From: an uncultured bacterium
GTDB lineage: Bacteria > Acidobacteriota > HRBIN11 > JAKEFK01
Reading direction: 5' to 3'
Length of the DNA stretch: 64,000 bases
Assembly (NCBI GenBank): GCA_963777505.1
Contig: CAVZQN010000004.1
Span: 1,056,001-1,120,000 of the forward strand
Positions within the stretch are counted from its first letter, which is position 1; each line of letters opens with the position of its first letter. Position numbers and translations under genes: made by a program. This document shows, in pieces, positions 19,653 through 27,919 of the stretch. The notes below the pieces were generated by a model, which worked only from the letters and a program-made list of their open reading frames with translations, made no database searches and was not told the DNA's origin.

Positions 19653-20240
19653 ATGAGATTTTGGTTTGCAATTTTGATCATTTGTCTTTTCCCAATAACG
19701 CTGCTGGCTGATGATACAGATGTCTGGAATCTTCATCTTTTTGGTGGTGGCGTTACATACTGCGATGAAGATGGATGTTTTGGTCCGACTGGTGTCGCTT
19801 TTGGTGGGACTTTCGGTAGAAGCATAAACGAGCGGCTGAGTCTTGAGGGCGAATTTACATATGCCTGTACGTGGGAAGATCTGGAACCGCAAATCGATCC
19901 CGTAACGGGCGCTTCATATATAACAGAGCTCGAACGAGAAAGGATTTGGTCCGGCGGATCTCTTTTGATTCGTTTAAGCGATCCAGAAGTTAGGTCTGAC
20001 TTTTATGCAATCATCGGTGCCGTCGGTGCGCACGAAGTACAAAAGAGAGTGCCACCAGAAGGAATTCCTGCACCTCCTGATGTCGATACCAGTATTCGTT
20101 TTGGAATTGCAACCGGGGTTGGTTACAACTGGTGGTTTGCGGAAAATTGGGGAATACGTCCTGAAGCCCGATTCTACTGGATTTTTCAGGATGATCTTTC
20201 AGCGTTGCGATACACTGCAGGCCTATTACGCAGATTTTAA
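19653..20240 (+). CDS. Outer-membrane beta-barrel protein (OmpA/OMP_b-brl-like)
   Basis: Signal peptide, alternating aromatic strands, WGIRPEARF, C-terminal Phe. Confidence 0.7.
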   Translation: MRFWFAILIICLFPITLLADDTDVWNLHLFGGGVTYCDEDGCFGPTGVAFGGTFGRSINERLSLEGEFTYACTWEDLEPQIDPVTGASYITELERERIWSGGSLLIRLSDPEVRSDFYAIIGAVGAHEVQKRVPPEGIPAPPDVDTSIRFGIATGVGYNWWFAENWGIRPEARFYWIFQDDLSALRYTAGLLRRF

Positions 20241-20798
20241 CTATTGAATCGGCTCTGTTCGCCAGGTTCCTTGAATGATGTAAGTTGTATCTACGTATCC
20301 ACCTTGATTAAGATCCAAAGGTTCACAGGACCATGTACCGGAACCAATACCTGCTTCATTAACAAATCCATCAAAACTTGACATAGCGCGCCAAAAACGC
20401 CCATCGGCAGTTCTATTAATAGGAATCAAAAGATTCAATATTCCTGTTTGTGTCAACAACTGCGCTTGAACTTCTCCAAAGACATCTGCATGAAATGCGA
20501 ATCCCGCGCCAGTTTCATCAAGGATTCTACGGAACACCTCACCGCCATGAACACCTGCATAGTTTACAGACTGCTGACTCCGGCCGGTTTCATTTCTCAA
20601 TTCAAAGATCAAGTCGAGGCTGCAGTTAATAACAAATCCATCCGGTTGTGTACTTTCAGCTTCCCCTGTCAGTCTGAATTGTGTTGGTAAATTTTGAACG
20701 ATCTGGGGTGCGACAACTGAATCATTGTTGCATCCAGATAAGAAAACGGTTGATGCTAAAAGAAGAAGAATCAAGATGCGCGAAAAAATCATTGGCAA
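20241..20798 (-). CDS. Hypothetical lipoprotein
   Basis: Hydrophobic leader and lipobox LSG-C; start probably ATG at 20792. Confidence 0.65.
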   Translation of the reverse strand: MPMIFSRILILLLLASTVFLSGCNNDSVVAPQIVQNLPTQFRLTGEAESTQPDGFVINCSLDLIFELRNETGRSQQSVNYAGVHGGEVFRRILDETGAGFAFHADVFGEVQAQLLTQTGILNLLIPINRTADGRFWRAMSSFDGFVNEAGIGSGTWSCEPLDLNQGGYVDTTYIIQGTWRTEPIQ

Positions 20799-20910
20799 CG
20801 TCCTTTTGTTTATTGGATACGAATCGTTGCCCGGGCAGCCAACGAACTTTAATCGTGCCGTACAACACAGAGTGCTGTCAAGACCAAATCCTCTGTTTCT
20901 CTGTGGTGAA

Positions 20911-21798
20911 TTAGTGCTCCGGAAAATAGAAGGCTTTTTGGAAGCGGACTTTCAGCTCTGGGTTTTTGGTTCGGATTTGAATTTCCGGCTTTTGATCCTT
21001 TGAGTAATCACTGGTGGATTGATAATACAAAGTAATCCGATGCGCGAGATCCGTTGCGATTTTTTCGTACGCAGCTTTTAATCTTGGAAAATCATCTTCC
21101 AAAACAAAATGAGTCCCACCGGTTTGTTCAGCCAATTTGTACATAACATATAAATCAGCTCCGCCTTTTTGAAGAATTAATGAATAGATCAAAGTCTTAT
21201 TCTGTTGAGCCGTTCGAATCACATCTGATAAATCGTACTTGCCCAAAGAGTTTACGCCATCAGAAATGAGGAATACGGCTCGTTGAGGGTGGGCCGATTG
21301 CTTCAACCTGTTGAGTCCCGACATCAAACCTTCATATAAACGTGTGCGCTCTCCATAACGTAGTGAAAGAAAATCAGGAGGAACTGCTTTTGAGGCAATT
21401 TGCATTTCATGAGTCATTTTGACTTTGTCATCAAACGTCATCACAAAAAATTCATCTTCAGGTTTCAATGAGCTTACAAAGTCTTTTGCAGCACGCCCGA
21501 TTCGAAGAAACTGCGATTGCATGCTGCTGCTCGTATCGACAATGATTCCGATTGAAAATGGCTGGCGTTGTAGTTCGAGATCCAAAACTTGTTGATTGAT
21601 TCCATTTTCAAAAACAAGAAAATCTTCGGGCGCTAAATCTGTATAAAAATTATTGGATCGATCAATGACTGATATCTGCAATTCAACGACTTGAACCTCA
21701 ACATCGTACTCAAGTTGCTTCGGTGTTGTTGCGACTTGCGAGGCGGGCAGGTTGTGGAAGCTGGCAAACAAAAGTGCAATTGTGATGAAGTACTTCAT
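20911..21798 (-). CDS. Secreted VWA-domain protein (VWFA-related acidobacterial family)
   Basis: Signal peptide; DLAPEDFLVFENG; MIDAS DTSSS; ISDG; QTGG. Confidence 0.85.
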   Translation of the reverse strand: MKYFITIALLFASFHNLPASQVATTPKQLEYDVEVQVVELQISVIDRSNNFYTDLAPEDFLVFENGINQQVLDLELQRQPFSIGIIVDTSSSMQSQFLRIGRAAKDFVSSLKPEDEFFVMTFDDKVKMTHEMQIASKAVPPDFLSLRYGERTRLYEGLMSGLNRLKQSAHPQRAVFLISDGVNSLGKYDLSDVIRTAQQNKTLIYSLILQKGGADLYVMYKLAEQTGGTHFVLEDDFPRLKAAYEKIATDLAHRITLYYQSTSDYSKDQKPEIQIRTKNPELKVRFQKAFYFPEH

Positions 21799-21868
21799 AC
21801 TACTGCCTTCTATACCTATTATTTAATCAGAAAACTAGAAATCTACTGCATTCTTGGAATATCCTCCT

Positions 21869-21887
21869 TGTTTCACATTGTGAAACA
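21869..21887. promoter_or_regulatory. Perfect 19-bp palindromic operator upstream of the methyltransferase operon
   Basis: TGTTTCACA-T-TGTGAAACA; candidate extended -10 TGTTAAGAT at 21911-21919. Confidence 0.7.
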
Positions 21888-21970
21888 TCGTTTCAATATT
21901 TTGAGGTGTATGTTAAGATTTAGAGCACAACCACAAAGCTCGCGAAGCTTCGTGGTTTATAAAGGGGTCC

Positions 21971-23428
21971 ATGCGTCCAACTATCACTGTTTTAGAAAAG
22001 AATTTAATTGAGCAGATCATCGACCAGGCTTTCATCGTTCTGGAGAAGAGCGGTGTTCACATCGAAGATGAGCACGCGCTTAAGAAGCTTGAAAAAATAG
22101 GGCTTACTTCTGATAAAGAAACGAATCGTGTCACATTTCCCCGGAAGGTCGTTGAAAAAGCTATCTCGGATGCGCCATCTTCAATCACCTTGTATGATCG
22201 TGATGGCACTGAAGTAACAAAGCTTGAAGGGGACAATGTCCATTTTGTTCCAGCTTCATCCGCTTTGCGGATTTTGGATCGTAAGACTCAAAAGGTCAGA
22301 AATCCGAATACACCCGATTTCGTTGAATATGTAAAACTGGCTGATGGTTTGAAAAACATTGCTTATCTTTCCACGGCATTCATTCCGAAAGACATTCCGC
22401 AGGACATGGCTGATGCATGGCGTCTTTATCTTGTGCTTTCCCATTCGAAGCGTCCAATTGTTTCTGGCGCATTCACATCATATGGTGTGCCGCGAATGGG
22501 TGAGGTTATGGCGATGTTTCGGGATGGGAAGGAAGATTTAATTAAACGTCCGATGTCCATTTTTACATGTTGTCCGAATACACCATTGCGTTGGGGTGAA
22601 GATCCGATTGCAAACATTATGGATTGTGCAGAATGGGGAATTCCAATCGAAATTGTTCCCGTTCTGTTATTGGGAATGATTTCGCCGGCAACGACAATTG
22701 GTGCTCTTGTGCTTCACACAGCAGAAGTTCTTTCTGGTCTCACGATTGCTCAGATTGTTCGGCCAGGATCGCCCGTCGTTTTTGGCGGCGCTCCTGCATC
22801 ATTTCATATGCAGTTAATGACGAATCCGATGACGGCTGTTGAAGCTTTACAAATGTATTGCGGTTATGCGCAGGTTGCAAAACATTTGAAATTGCCATGC
22901 CAGGCTTACATGGCATTATCTGATTCAAAATTTAATGATCCGCAAGCAGGAATGGAAACAGGTGTCGGAGCATTCCTTGCAGCGTCTGCCGGATTCAATT
23001 CTATTTCAGGTCCGGGGATGCTGGATTACGTAAATTGTTTCAGCTTAGAAAAACTTGTTTTTGATGATGAAGTCGTCGCACATGCAAAACGTTTTGTGCG
23101 TCCGGTAGAAGTTCGAGATGATCTTCCTGCCGCCGATTTAATTGCTGAACTTGTTCGTGAAAAACATCTCTTAACTTCAGAACATACATTGCAGCACTGG
23201 CCTGAAGAATTGTATTTGCCTGGTCCGATGGTTGACCGCACAAATTGGGATCAATGGGAAGATCAAGGTTCGCGCGATTGGCGTAAACGTGCCAATGAAA
23301 TTATTGATGAATTATTAGCGGGATATGAAGTAGAACCGCTGGATGAAAAAATTCATAAGGAAATTCAAGATCTTTTCCATCGCACCTGTTCTGATAAAGA
23401 TGCGAAATTTCCTTCTTTCACGGAGTGA
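21971..23428 (+). CDS. Trimethylamine methyltransferase (MttB/MtgB superfamily), non-pyrrolysine
   Basis: LEKSGV..VTFPRKVVEKAI..APSSITLYDRDG; LVLHTAEVLSGLTIAQIVRPGSPVVFG; SDSK..DPQAGME; GML..SLEKLVFDDE; DRTNWDQW..GS. No in-frame amber codon. Confidence 0.9.
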   Translation: MRPTITVLEKNLIEQIIDQAFIVLEKSGVHIEDEHALKKLEKIGLTSDKETNRVTFPRKVVEKAISDAPSSITLYDRDGTEVTKLEGDNVHFVPASSALRILDRKTQKVRNPNTPDFVEYVKLADGLKNIAYLSTAFIPKDIPQDMADAWRLYLVLSHSKRPIVSGAFTSYGVPRMGEVMAMFRDGKEDLIKRPMSIFTCCPNTPLRWGEDPIANIMDCAEWGIPIEIVPVLLLGMISPATTIGALVLHTAEVLSGLTIAQIVRPGSPVVFGGAPASFHMQLMTNPMTAVEALQMYCGYAQVAKHLKLPCQAYMALSDSKFNDPQAGMETGVGAFLAASAGFNSISGPGMLDYVNCFSLEKLVFDDEVVAHAKRFVRPVEVRDDLPAADLIAELVREKHLLTSEHTLQHWPEELYLPGPMVDRTNWDQWEDQGSRDWRKRANEIIDELLAGYEVEPLDEKIHKEIQDLFHRTCSDKDAKFPSFTE

Positions 23429-23430
23429 AT

Positions 23431-24108
23431 ATGGTTGATTACGCTGTCATGAACCAATTGTTGTTTGAGGGAAAGCATGAACCCGTCAAAAAGATGACTG
23501 AAGATGCACTCGCGGAAGGTCGAACGCCTATGGAAGTTCTCGATGAGGGACTGATTGCGGGTATGCGTGTTGTCGGTGAAGACTTCAAACACAATCGTGT
23601 TTTCGTACCGGAAGTTCTTTTAGCAGCACGCGCAATGAAAGCTGGAATGGCTGTATTGAAGCCATTACTGATCGAACGGAATGATGATTCGAGTAAATCA
23701 TCGGCTGTCATCGTGATGGGTACAGTAAAAGGCGATCTTCATGACATTGGAAAGAATCTTGTGGGAATGATGGCTGAAGGCGCTGGATTTACGATCGTAG
23801 ATTTAGGAACAGATACTTCCGCTGAAAAATTTATTGCAGCAGTTCGTGAACACGGTGCGCGCATTATGGGCATGAGTGCTTTGTTAACAACAACGATGGT
23901 TTATATGCGGACAGTTGTTCAAAAAGTCCGTGAAACCGACCTGAATGTAAAAATTTGTATCGGGGGAGCGCCTACCAGTTCCGATTGGGCAACTGAAATC
24001 GGAGCCGACGGTTATGCGGCCGATGCATCCAGTGCAGTTGAATTATTCCACCGGTTAATCGCAGAACAGGATGCAGAGCAGGTTCAACAAAAAGTAGCCG
24101 CTTCGTGA
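23431..24108 (+). CDS. Cobalamin-binding corrinoid protein (cap + B12-binding domains)
   Basis: GLIAGMRVVGEDF, FVPEVLLAARAM, GDLHDIG (DxHxxG), MSALLT, IGGAP; GGAG RBS before ATG 23431. Confidence 0.93.
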   Translation: MVDYAVMNQLLFEGKHEPVKKMTEDALAEGRTPMEVLDEGLIAGMRVVGEDFKHNRVFVPEVLLAARAMKAGMAVLKPLLIERNDDSSKSSAVIVMGTVKGDLHDIGKNLVGMMAEGAGFTIVDLGTDTSAEKFIAAVREHGARIMGMSALLTTTMVYMRTVVQKVRETDLNVKICIGGAPTSSDWATEIGADGYAADASSAVELFHRLIAEQDAEQVQQKVAAS

Positions 24109-25757
24109 TCATGACTACCGCTCAACCGTCCCGAACTACCTCCAAAGTCACAATCGATGGAGTCGAAGGTACCGCCGAAGTTGGGACAACACTTTTTGAT
24201 TTCGCTGAATCGGTTGGCATCAATGTTCCTACCTCCTGCTTCAAACAGGGCAAATGTCGCGAATGTCTCGTTGAAGTCGAAGAAGGATCGGAATTATTAA
24301 GTCCTCCTGCTCCGCAAGAGAGTCATCTTGGAGGAAAATTCCGTCTTGCTTGCAGAACAACACTTGACGTTGCTGGTGAAGTTTTGTGCCACACGCTCAA
24401 GCGCGGCACACTCAGGATTGAAACAGAAACTCAAGGCTTGTCTGAACTAAATGACACGCTGGATCCGGCTGTTACTCGCGACGGTTCGCACATTCTCCTT
24501 GATGGAGAAATCATTTCCGATTCAGGCGGTCCGATTCACGGAATCGCAATCGATATTGGGACTACGACAGTAGCCTTGCGTCTTTACAATCTAGAGAGCG
24601 GACAACGTATCGCAACTCAGTCGTTTGAAAACCCGCAGCGATTCGGCGGATCCGATATCATGGCTCGCATCCGTTTTGATGGCGAACAGCGCGGAAAATT
24701 ATTACAACGCACTTTATTAGGATATCTTACCCGGGCAATCATGGATTTACCGGTCGATCCAAACACAATTTATGAAGCCGTTGTTGCCGGCAATCCAACA
24801 ATGCGTGATCTCTTTTTCGGATTGGATGTTCAAGGCATCGGCGTAATTCCTTATCGATCCACTACAGAAGTTGCTTTTCATGAAGGTCGTTCTGAAACTA
24901 CAAGCCTTACTTTAACCGGCAGACGGCTCAGGCTTCCGATTCATCCTGATGCGCGCGTTTATGGTTTGCCAATCATCGCAAGTCATGTCGGTTCAGATGC
25001 CGCTGCGTGCGTACTTGCAACAGGTCTTGCGCAACGTGAAGAGATTTGCGCAATTCTGGATATCGGAACGAACACAGAAGCTTTCATTGGTAATCGCGAT
25101 CATATTATGGCTGCATCTTGTCCGGCCGGTCCGGCTTTCGAAGGTGGCGGCGTGACATTTGGTATGTCAGCACTGGATGGTGCGATTGAGCGCATCCATA
25201 TAAATGAAGAAGGAATCGCTGAAATTCATGTAATCGGCGATGGAGTTCCTGCCGGAATTTGTGGTTCGGGTCTTGTCGATTTACTTTCTGAACTTCGACG
25301 AACAAATCGCATGAACGAACAGGGAAGATTTCTGGATGACATTTCAGCTTTTACTGTAAATCAGAAACCGGACCTGTTTTTGAGTGAATCCGATATTAAT
25401 GAACTCGCGCAAGCAAAAGGCGCCAATGCTGCAGGTCTTCGAGTTCTGGGTGAGAATTATGGTATTTCGATGGATCGGATCGATAAACTTTATCTTGCTG
25501 GCGGATTTTCACGCCACATCGATGTCGATGCAGCCTGCAGAATCGGACTCGTTCCTGATCTTCCGCGTGAACGCATTCAAAAAATAGGGAATGCTGCGTT
25601 GCATGGTGCATCGATTGCTCTGCTTTCACGAACAAAACGCAAAGAACTGGAACAGATTGTAAAGCGCATTGAGCATGTTCGGCTTGAAACGCATCCACGG
25701 TTTTTTGATTTTTTCGTTGAAGGATGTCAATTTGCACCTTTTGGTCATACTGCATGA
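24105..25757 (+). CDS. ATP-dependent reductive activator of corrinoid proteins (RACo/RamA-like; 2Fe-2S + ASKHA, DUF4445)
   Basis: CFKQGKCREC...RLAC; IDIGTTT; NPQRFGGSDIMARI; DIGTNTE; AGPAFEG; GICGSG; LAGGF; GNAALHGA. Confidence 0.9.
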   Translation: MIMTTAQPSRTTSKVTIDGVEGTAEVGTTLFDFAESVGINVPTSCFKQGKCRECLVEVEEGSELLSPPAPQESHLGGKFRLACRTTLDVAGEVLCHTLKRGTLRIETETQGLSELNDTLDPAVTRDGSHILLDGEIISDSGGPIHGIAIDIGTTTVALRLYNLESGQRIATQSFENPQRFGGSDIMARIRFDGEQRGKLLQRTLLGYLTRAIMDLPVDPNTIYEAVVAGNPTMRDLFFGLDVQGIGVIPYRSTTEVAFHEGRSETTSLTLTGRRLRLPIHPDARVYGLPIIASHVGSDAAACVLATGLAQREEICAILDIGTNTEAFIGNRDHIMAASCPAGPAFEGGGVTFGMSALDGAIERIHINEEGIAEIHVIGDGVPAGICGSGLVDLLSELRRTNRMNEQGRFLDDISAFTVNQKPDLFLSESDINELAQAKGANAAGLRVLGENYGISMDRIDKLYLAGGFSRHIDVDAACRIGLVPDLPRERIQKIGNAALHGASIALLSRTKRKELEQIVKRIEHVRLETHPRFFDFFVEGCQFAPFGHTA

Positions 25758-26509
25758 TTCCATCAACATTTTATTCACTGAAAGGCGAAGAAATTACGGC
25801 TGCAATAAAACCCAAGGAATATTTGCGGCTGCTTGGTTTGCCTCGCAGCCATACTTTGGAAGGCGCAATGCTGGAACGTGCGCAAACTGCACGTTCCTGG
25901 TATATACGTTATGGAAAACCATTTGCAGCATCAAGAAGAGTTGATTTACAAAAAATAGATTCTCCGAAAGTTCAGCTTTCCAGCGGACACGAATTGAATA
26001 GCGCTGCTCTTGCGTATCGCTTAAACAATGGCGACGCTCATGCATTGATGATTATTGCAGCAAGTGCAGGACAAGAAGTCGCAAAAGAAGTTGCGCGGCT
26101 TTGGGCTGAAGGAAAACCGGATGAAGCATTTTTTCTAGATCGCTTAGCGGTTGCAGTTGCTGAACATTTAGTTTTTCATTCTGCAGGAGAACTTTGCCGC
26201 TCGAGTGAACCTGTCAATGAAACTTTAATGCCGCATCTTTCACCCGGTTGTGGGACCTGGGATCTTTCGGATCAACATAAACTGATGGAACTCCTGGCAG
26301 GATCTGACAGCGGTGAGCTGGGTCCATTGAAGATGTTGTCTTCAGGAGCTATTGAACCGCAGCATTCGGTACTTGCTGTGATGGGCGTTACGCATCGCAA
26401 TTTTGCCTTCACTCCTGAACATCTTTGCCGGAGTTGTGATCTGAGTCCTTGTGCATTTCGTAGAGCCCCATTCTCAAGCGAATTATTTCAATCGATGGAT
26501 ACACAATGA
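25754..26509 (+). CDS. Stand-alone B12-dependent methionine synthase activation-domain-like protein
   Basis: LSPGCGTWDLSDQ (compare SPGYGDW..Q), GAIEPQHSV, C-terminal CxxCxxxxCxFR; ATGA overlap with the upstream stop. Confidence 0.72.
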   Translation: MIPSTFYSLKGEEITAAIKPKEYLRLLGLPRSHTLEGAMLERAQTARSWYIRYGKPFAASRRVDLQKIDSPKVQLSSGHELNSAALAYRLNNGDAHALMIIAASAGQEVAKEVARLWAEGKPDEAFFLDRLAVAVAEHLVFHSAGELCRSSEPVNETLMPHLSPGCGTWDLSDQHKLMELLAGSDSGELGPLKMLSSGAIEPQHSVLAVMGVTHRNFAFTPEHLCRSCDLSPCAFRRAPFSSELFQSMDTQ

Positions 26510-27402
26510 AGCGATCGAATCTACTTGAAGCAATACAAACACGCGTTCTGCTGAGTGATGGAGCAATGGGTACACAGCTTCAGTATGCCGGACTTGAATC
26601 CGGTGGTTGCGGTGAAGCATGGAACCTGGATCATCCCGAACGTATTTTGAAAATTCAACGAGCCTACGTTGAAGCAGGGTCTGATTGTTTACTTACAAAT
26701 ACTTTTGGCGCCTGTCGAATCATGTTGAACCGTCATGATGAAGGAGAACGAACGGTTGAGATTAATCGTGCCGCTGTGGCAATTGCGCGTGAAGCACTGG
26801 GCGAAAACGGTTTTGTGCTTGGCGATATCGGCCCATTTGGTGGTTTGATGGAACCGTATGGGGAAATTCAACGCGCGGATGTAGAGTCCGCTTTTCGTGA
26901 ACAAGCCAAAGCACTGATTGATGGTGGAGCGGATGCAATCATCATTGAAACACAAACTGCACTTGAAGAACTTGAAATCGCTATTGAAGCAGCCAAAGAA
27001 GCCGGCGCGCCGTGCATCATAGGATCAGTCGCGTTCGATCGAATGCTGGATGAAGATGATGTCCGCACCATGATGGGAATTAGTCCTGAACAGGCAGCAC
27101 AATTTATGGCTGAGCACGGATGTCACATTGCTGCGCTCAATTGTGGAACAGGTGTTGATATGCGTGTGGCTGCGAATATTGTAGAAAGATATCGTAAGAC
27201 CGGCGGCCTACCAGTGATGGCGCAGCCGAATGCAGGGCAGCCTGTCTTAATCAATATGAAGGTGCTATACAATGAAACGCCTGAAGAAATGGCAGCTGGA
27301 CTTCCTGGAGTGCTTGCTGCTGGCGCACGAATTGTAGGCGGTTGCTGCGGAAGTACGCCAGATCACATCCGCCTTTTTAGAAAAATAATGAATAATGCGT
27401 AA
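26506..27402 (+). CDS. Homocysteine S-methyltransferase domain protein (MetH N-terminal module)
   Basis: SDGAMGTQL, YVEAGSD..TNTFG, GDIGP, IIIET; Zn ligands NCG and GGCCGSTP; QPNAGQP. Confidence 0.92.
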   Translation: MKRSNLLEAIQTRVLLSDGAMGTQLQYAGLESGGCGEAWNLDHPERILKIQRAYVEAGSDCLLTNTFGACRIMLNRHDEGERTVEINRAAVAIAREALGENGFVLGDIGPFGGLMEPYGEIQRADVESAFREQAKALIDGGADAIIIETQTALEELEIAIEAAKEAGAPCIIGSVAFDRMLDEDDVRTMMGISPEQAAQFMAEHGCHIAALNCGTGVDMRVAANIVERYRKTGGLPVMAQPNAGQPVLINMKVLYNETPEEMAAGLPGVLAAGARIVGGCCGSTPDHIRLFRKIMNNA

Positions 27403-27452
27403 TACGTAATTAGCTCTCAGCTATCAACGTAATTACGAATTACAGATTACGG
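27400..27452. repeat. Degenerate heptamer repeats (AATTACG-like)
   Basis: TAATACGTAATTAG...CGTAATTACGAATTACAGATTACGG. Confidence 0.45.
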
Positions 27453-27461
27453 AATAGAAAA

Positions 27462-27794
27462 ATGAGAGTTACGATACCTGTAGACCAAGCACTTGCTGAT
27501 TCACATCTTCCTGAAAACAAGGCTGATGGCTCCGGTGTGGGAGTGAATTATGCCGATCAAATCTTAAAGCCTTTTAAGATGACTCTTGAAGATGGTCGTA
27601 AAATGATGGCCAAACGGAAAGGTTTAAAGATTACGATCACGATCGGCGACAAGCAGGGTGAAGCGATCTTGCGCCGGCTGGATCATGGTCCTGAAGTAAA
27701 GGAAATGTTCAAAAAAGCGCTCGAGGAAGCTGCTAGAAATGTCGGCGCATCAGTTACTTTTGAAACCGGGGCTATCCATCTGGATTATGATTAA
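27462..27794 (+). CDS. Hypothetical protein (110 aa), possibly the last gene of the methyltransferase operon
   Basis: Clean co-directional ORF 59 nt after the Hcy-MT gene; no recognised motif. Confidence 0.7.
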   Translation: MRVTIPVDQALADSHLPENKADGSGVGVNYADQILKPFKMTLEDGRKMMAKRKGLKITITIGDKQGEAILRRLDHGPEVKEMFKKALEEAARNVGASVTFETGAIHLDYD

Positions 27795-27799
27795 TTTGT

Positions 27800-27850
27800 G
27801 GTAGGGCGACATCGTCGTCGGTCGACTGGCCACAAAAGCGTTCCCTACGA
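27800..27850. repeat. GTAG-type REP-like element
   Basis: GTAGGG...CCCTAC terminal inverted repeat. Confidence 0.45.
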
Positions 27851-27919
27851 TGCCTCTTGAAGCATCGAGGGAGCACTGTTATCATCATCGATACAGTCCC
27901 AGGCATTTTTGGGGGGAAA

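Noticed and set aside
21869-21887. CRP/FNR site as the identity of the palindrome
   Set aside because: Half-sites are TCACA-N1-TGTGA, the reverse order and wrong spacing for CRP (TGTGA-N6-TCACA).
21800-21970. Cobalamin or SAM riboswitch upstream of the methyltransferase operon
   Set aside because: Predicted leader is only ~45 nt and lacks B12-box or SAM-I core motifs.
21971-23428. Pyrrolysine recoding in mttB
   Set aside because: The ORF is full length with no in-frame TAG, and no pyl genes are in the window.
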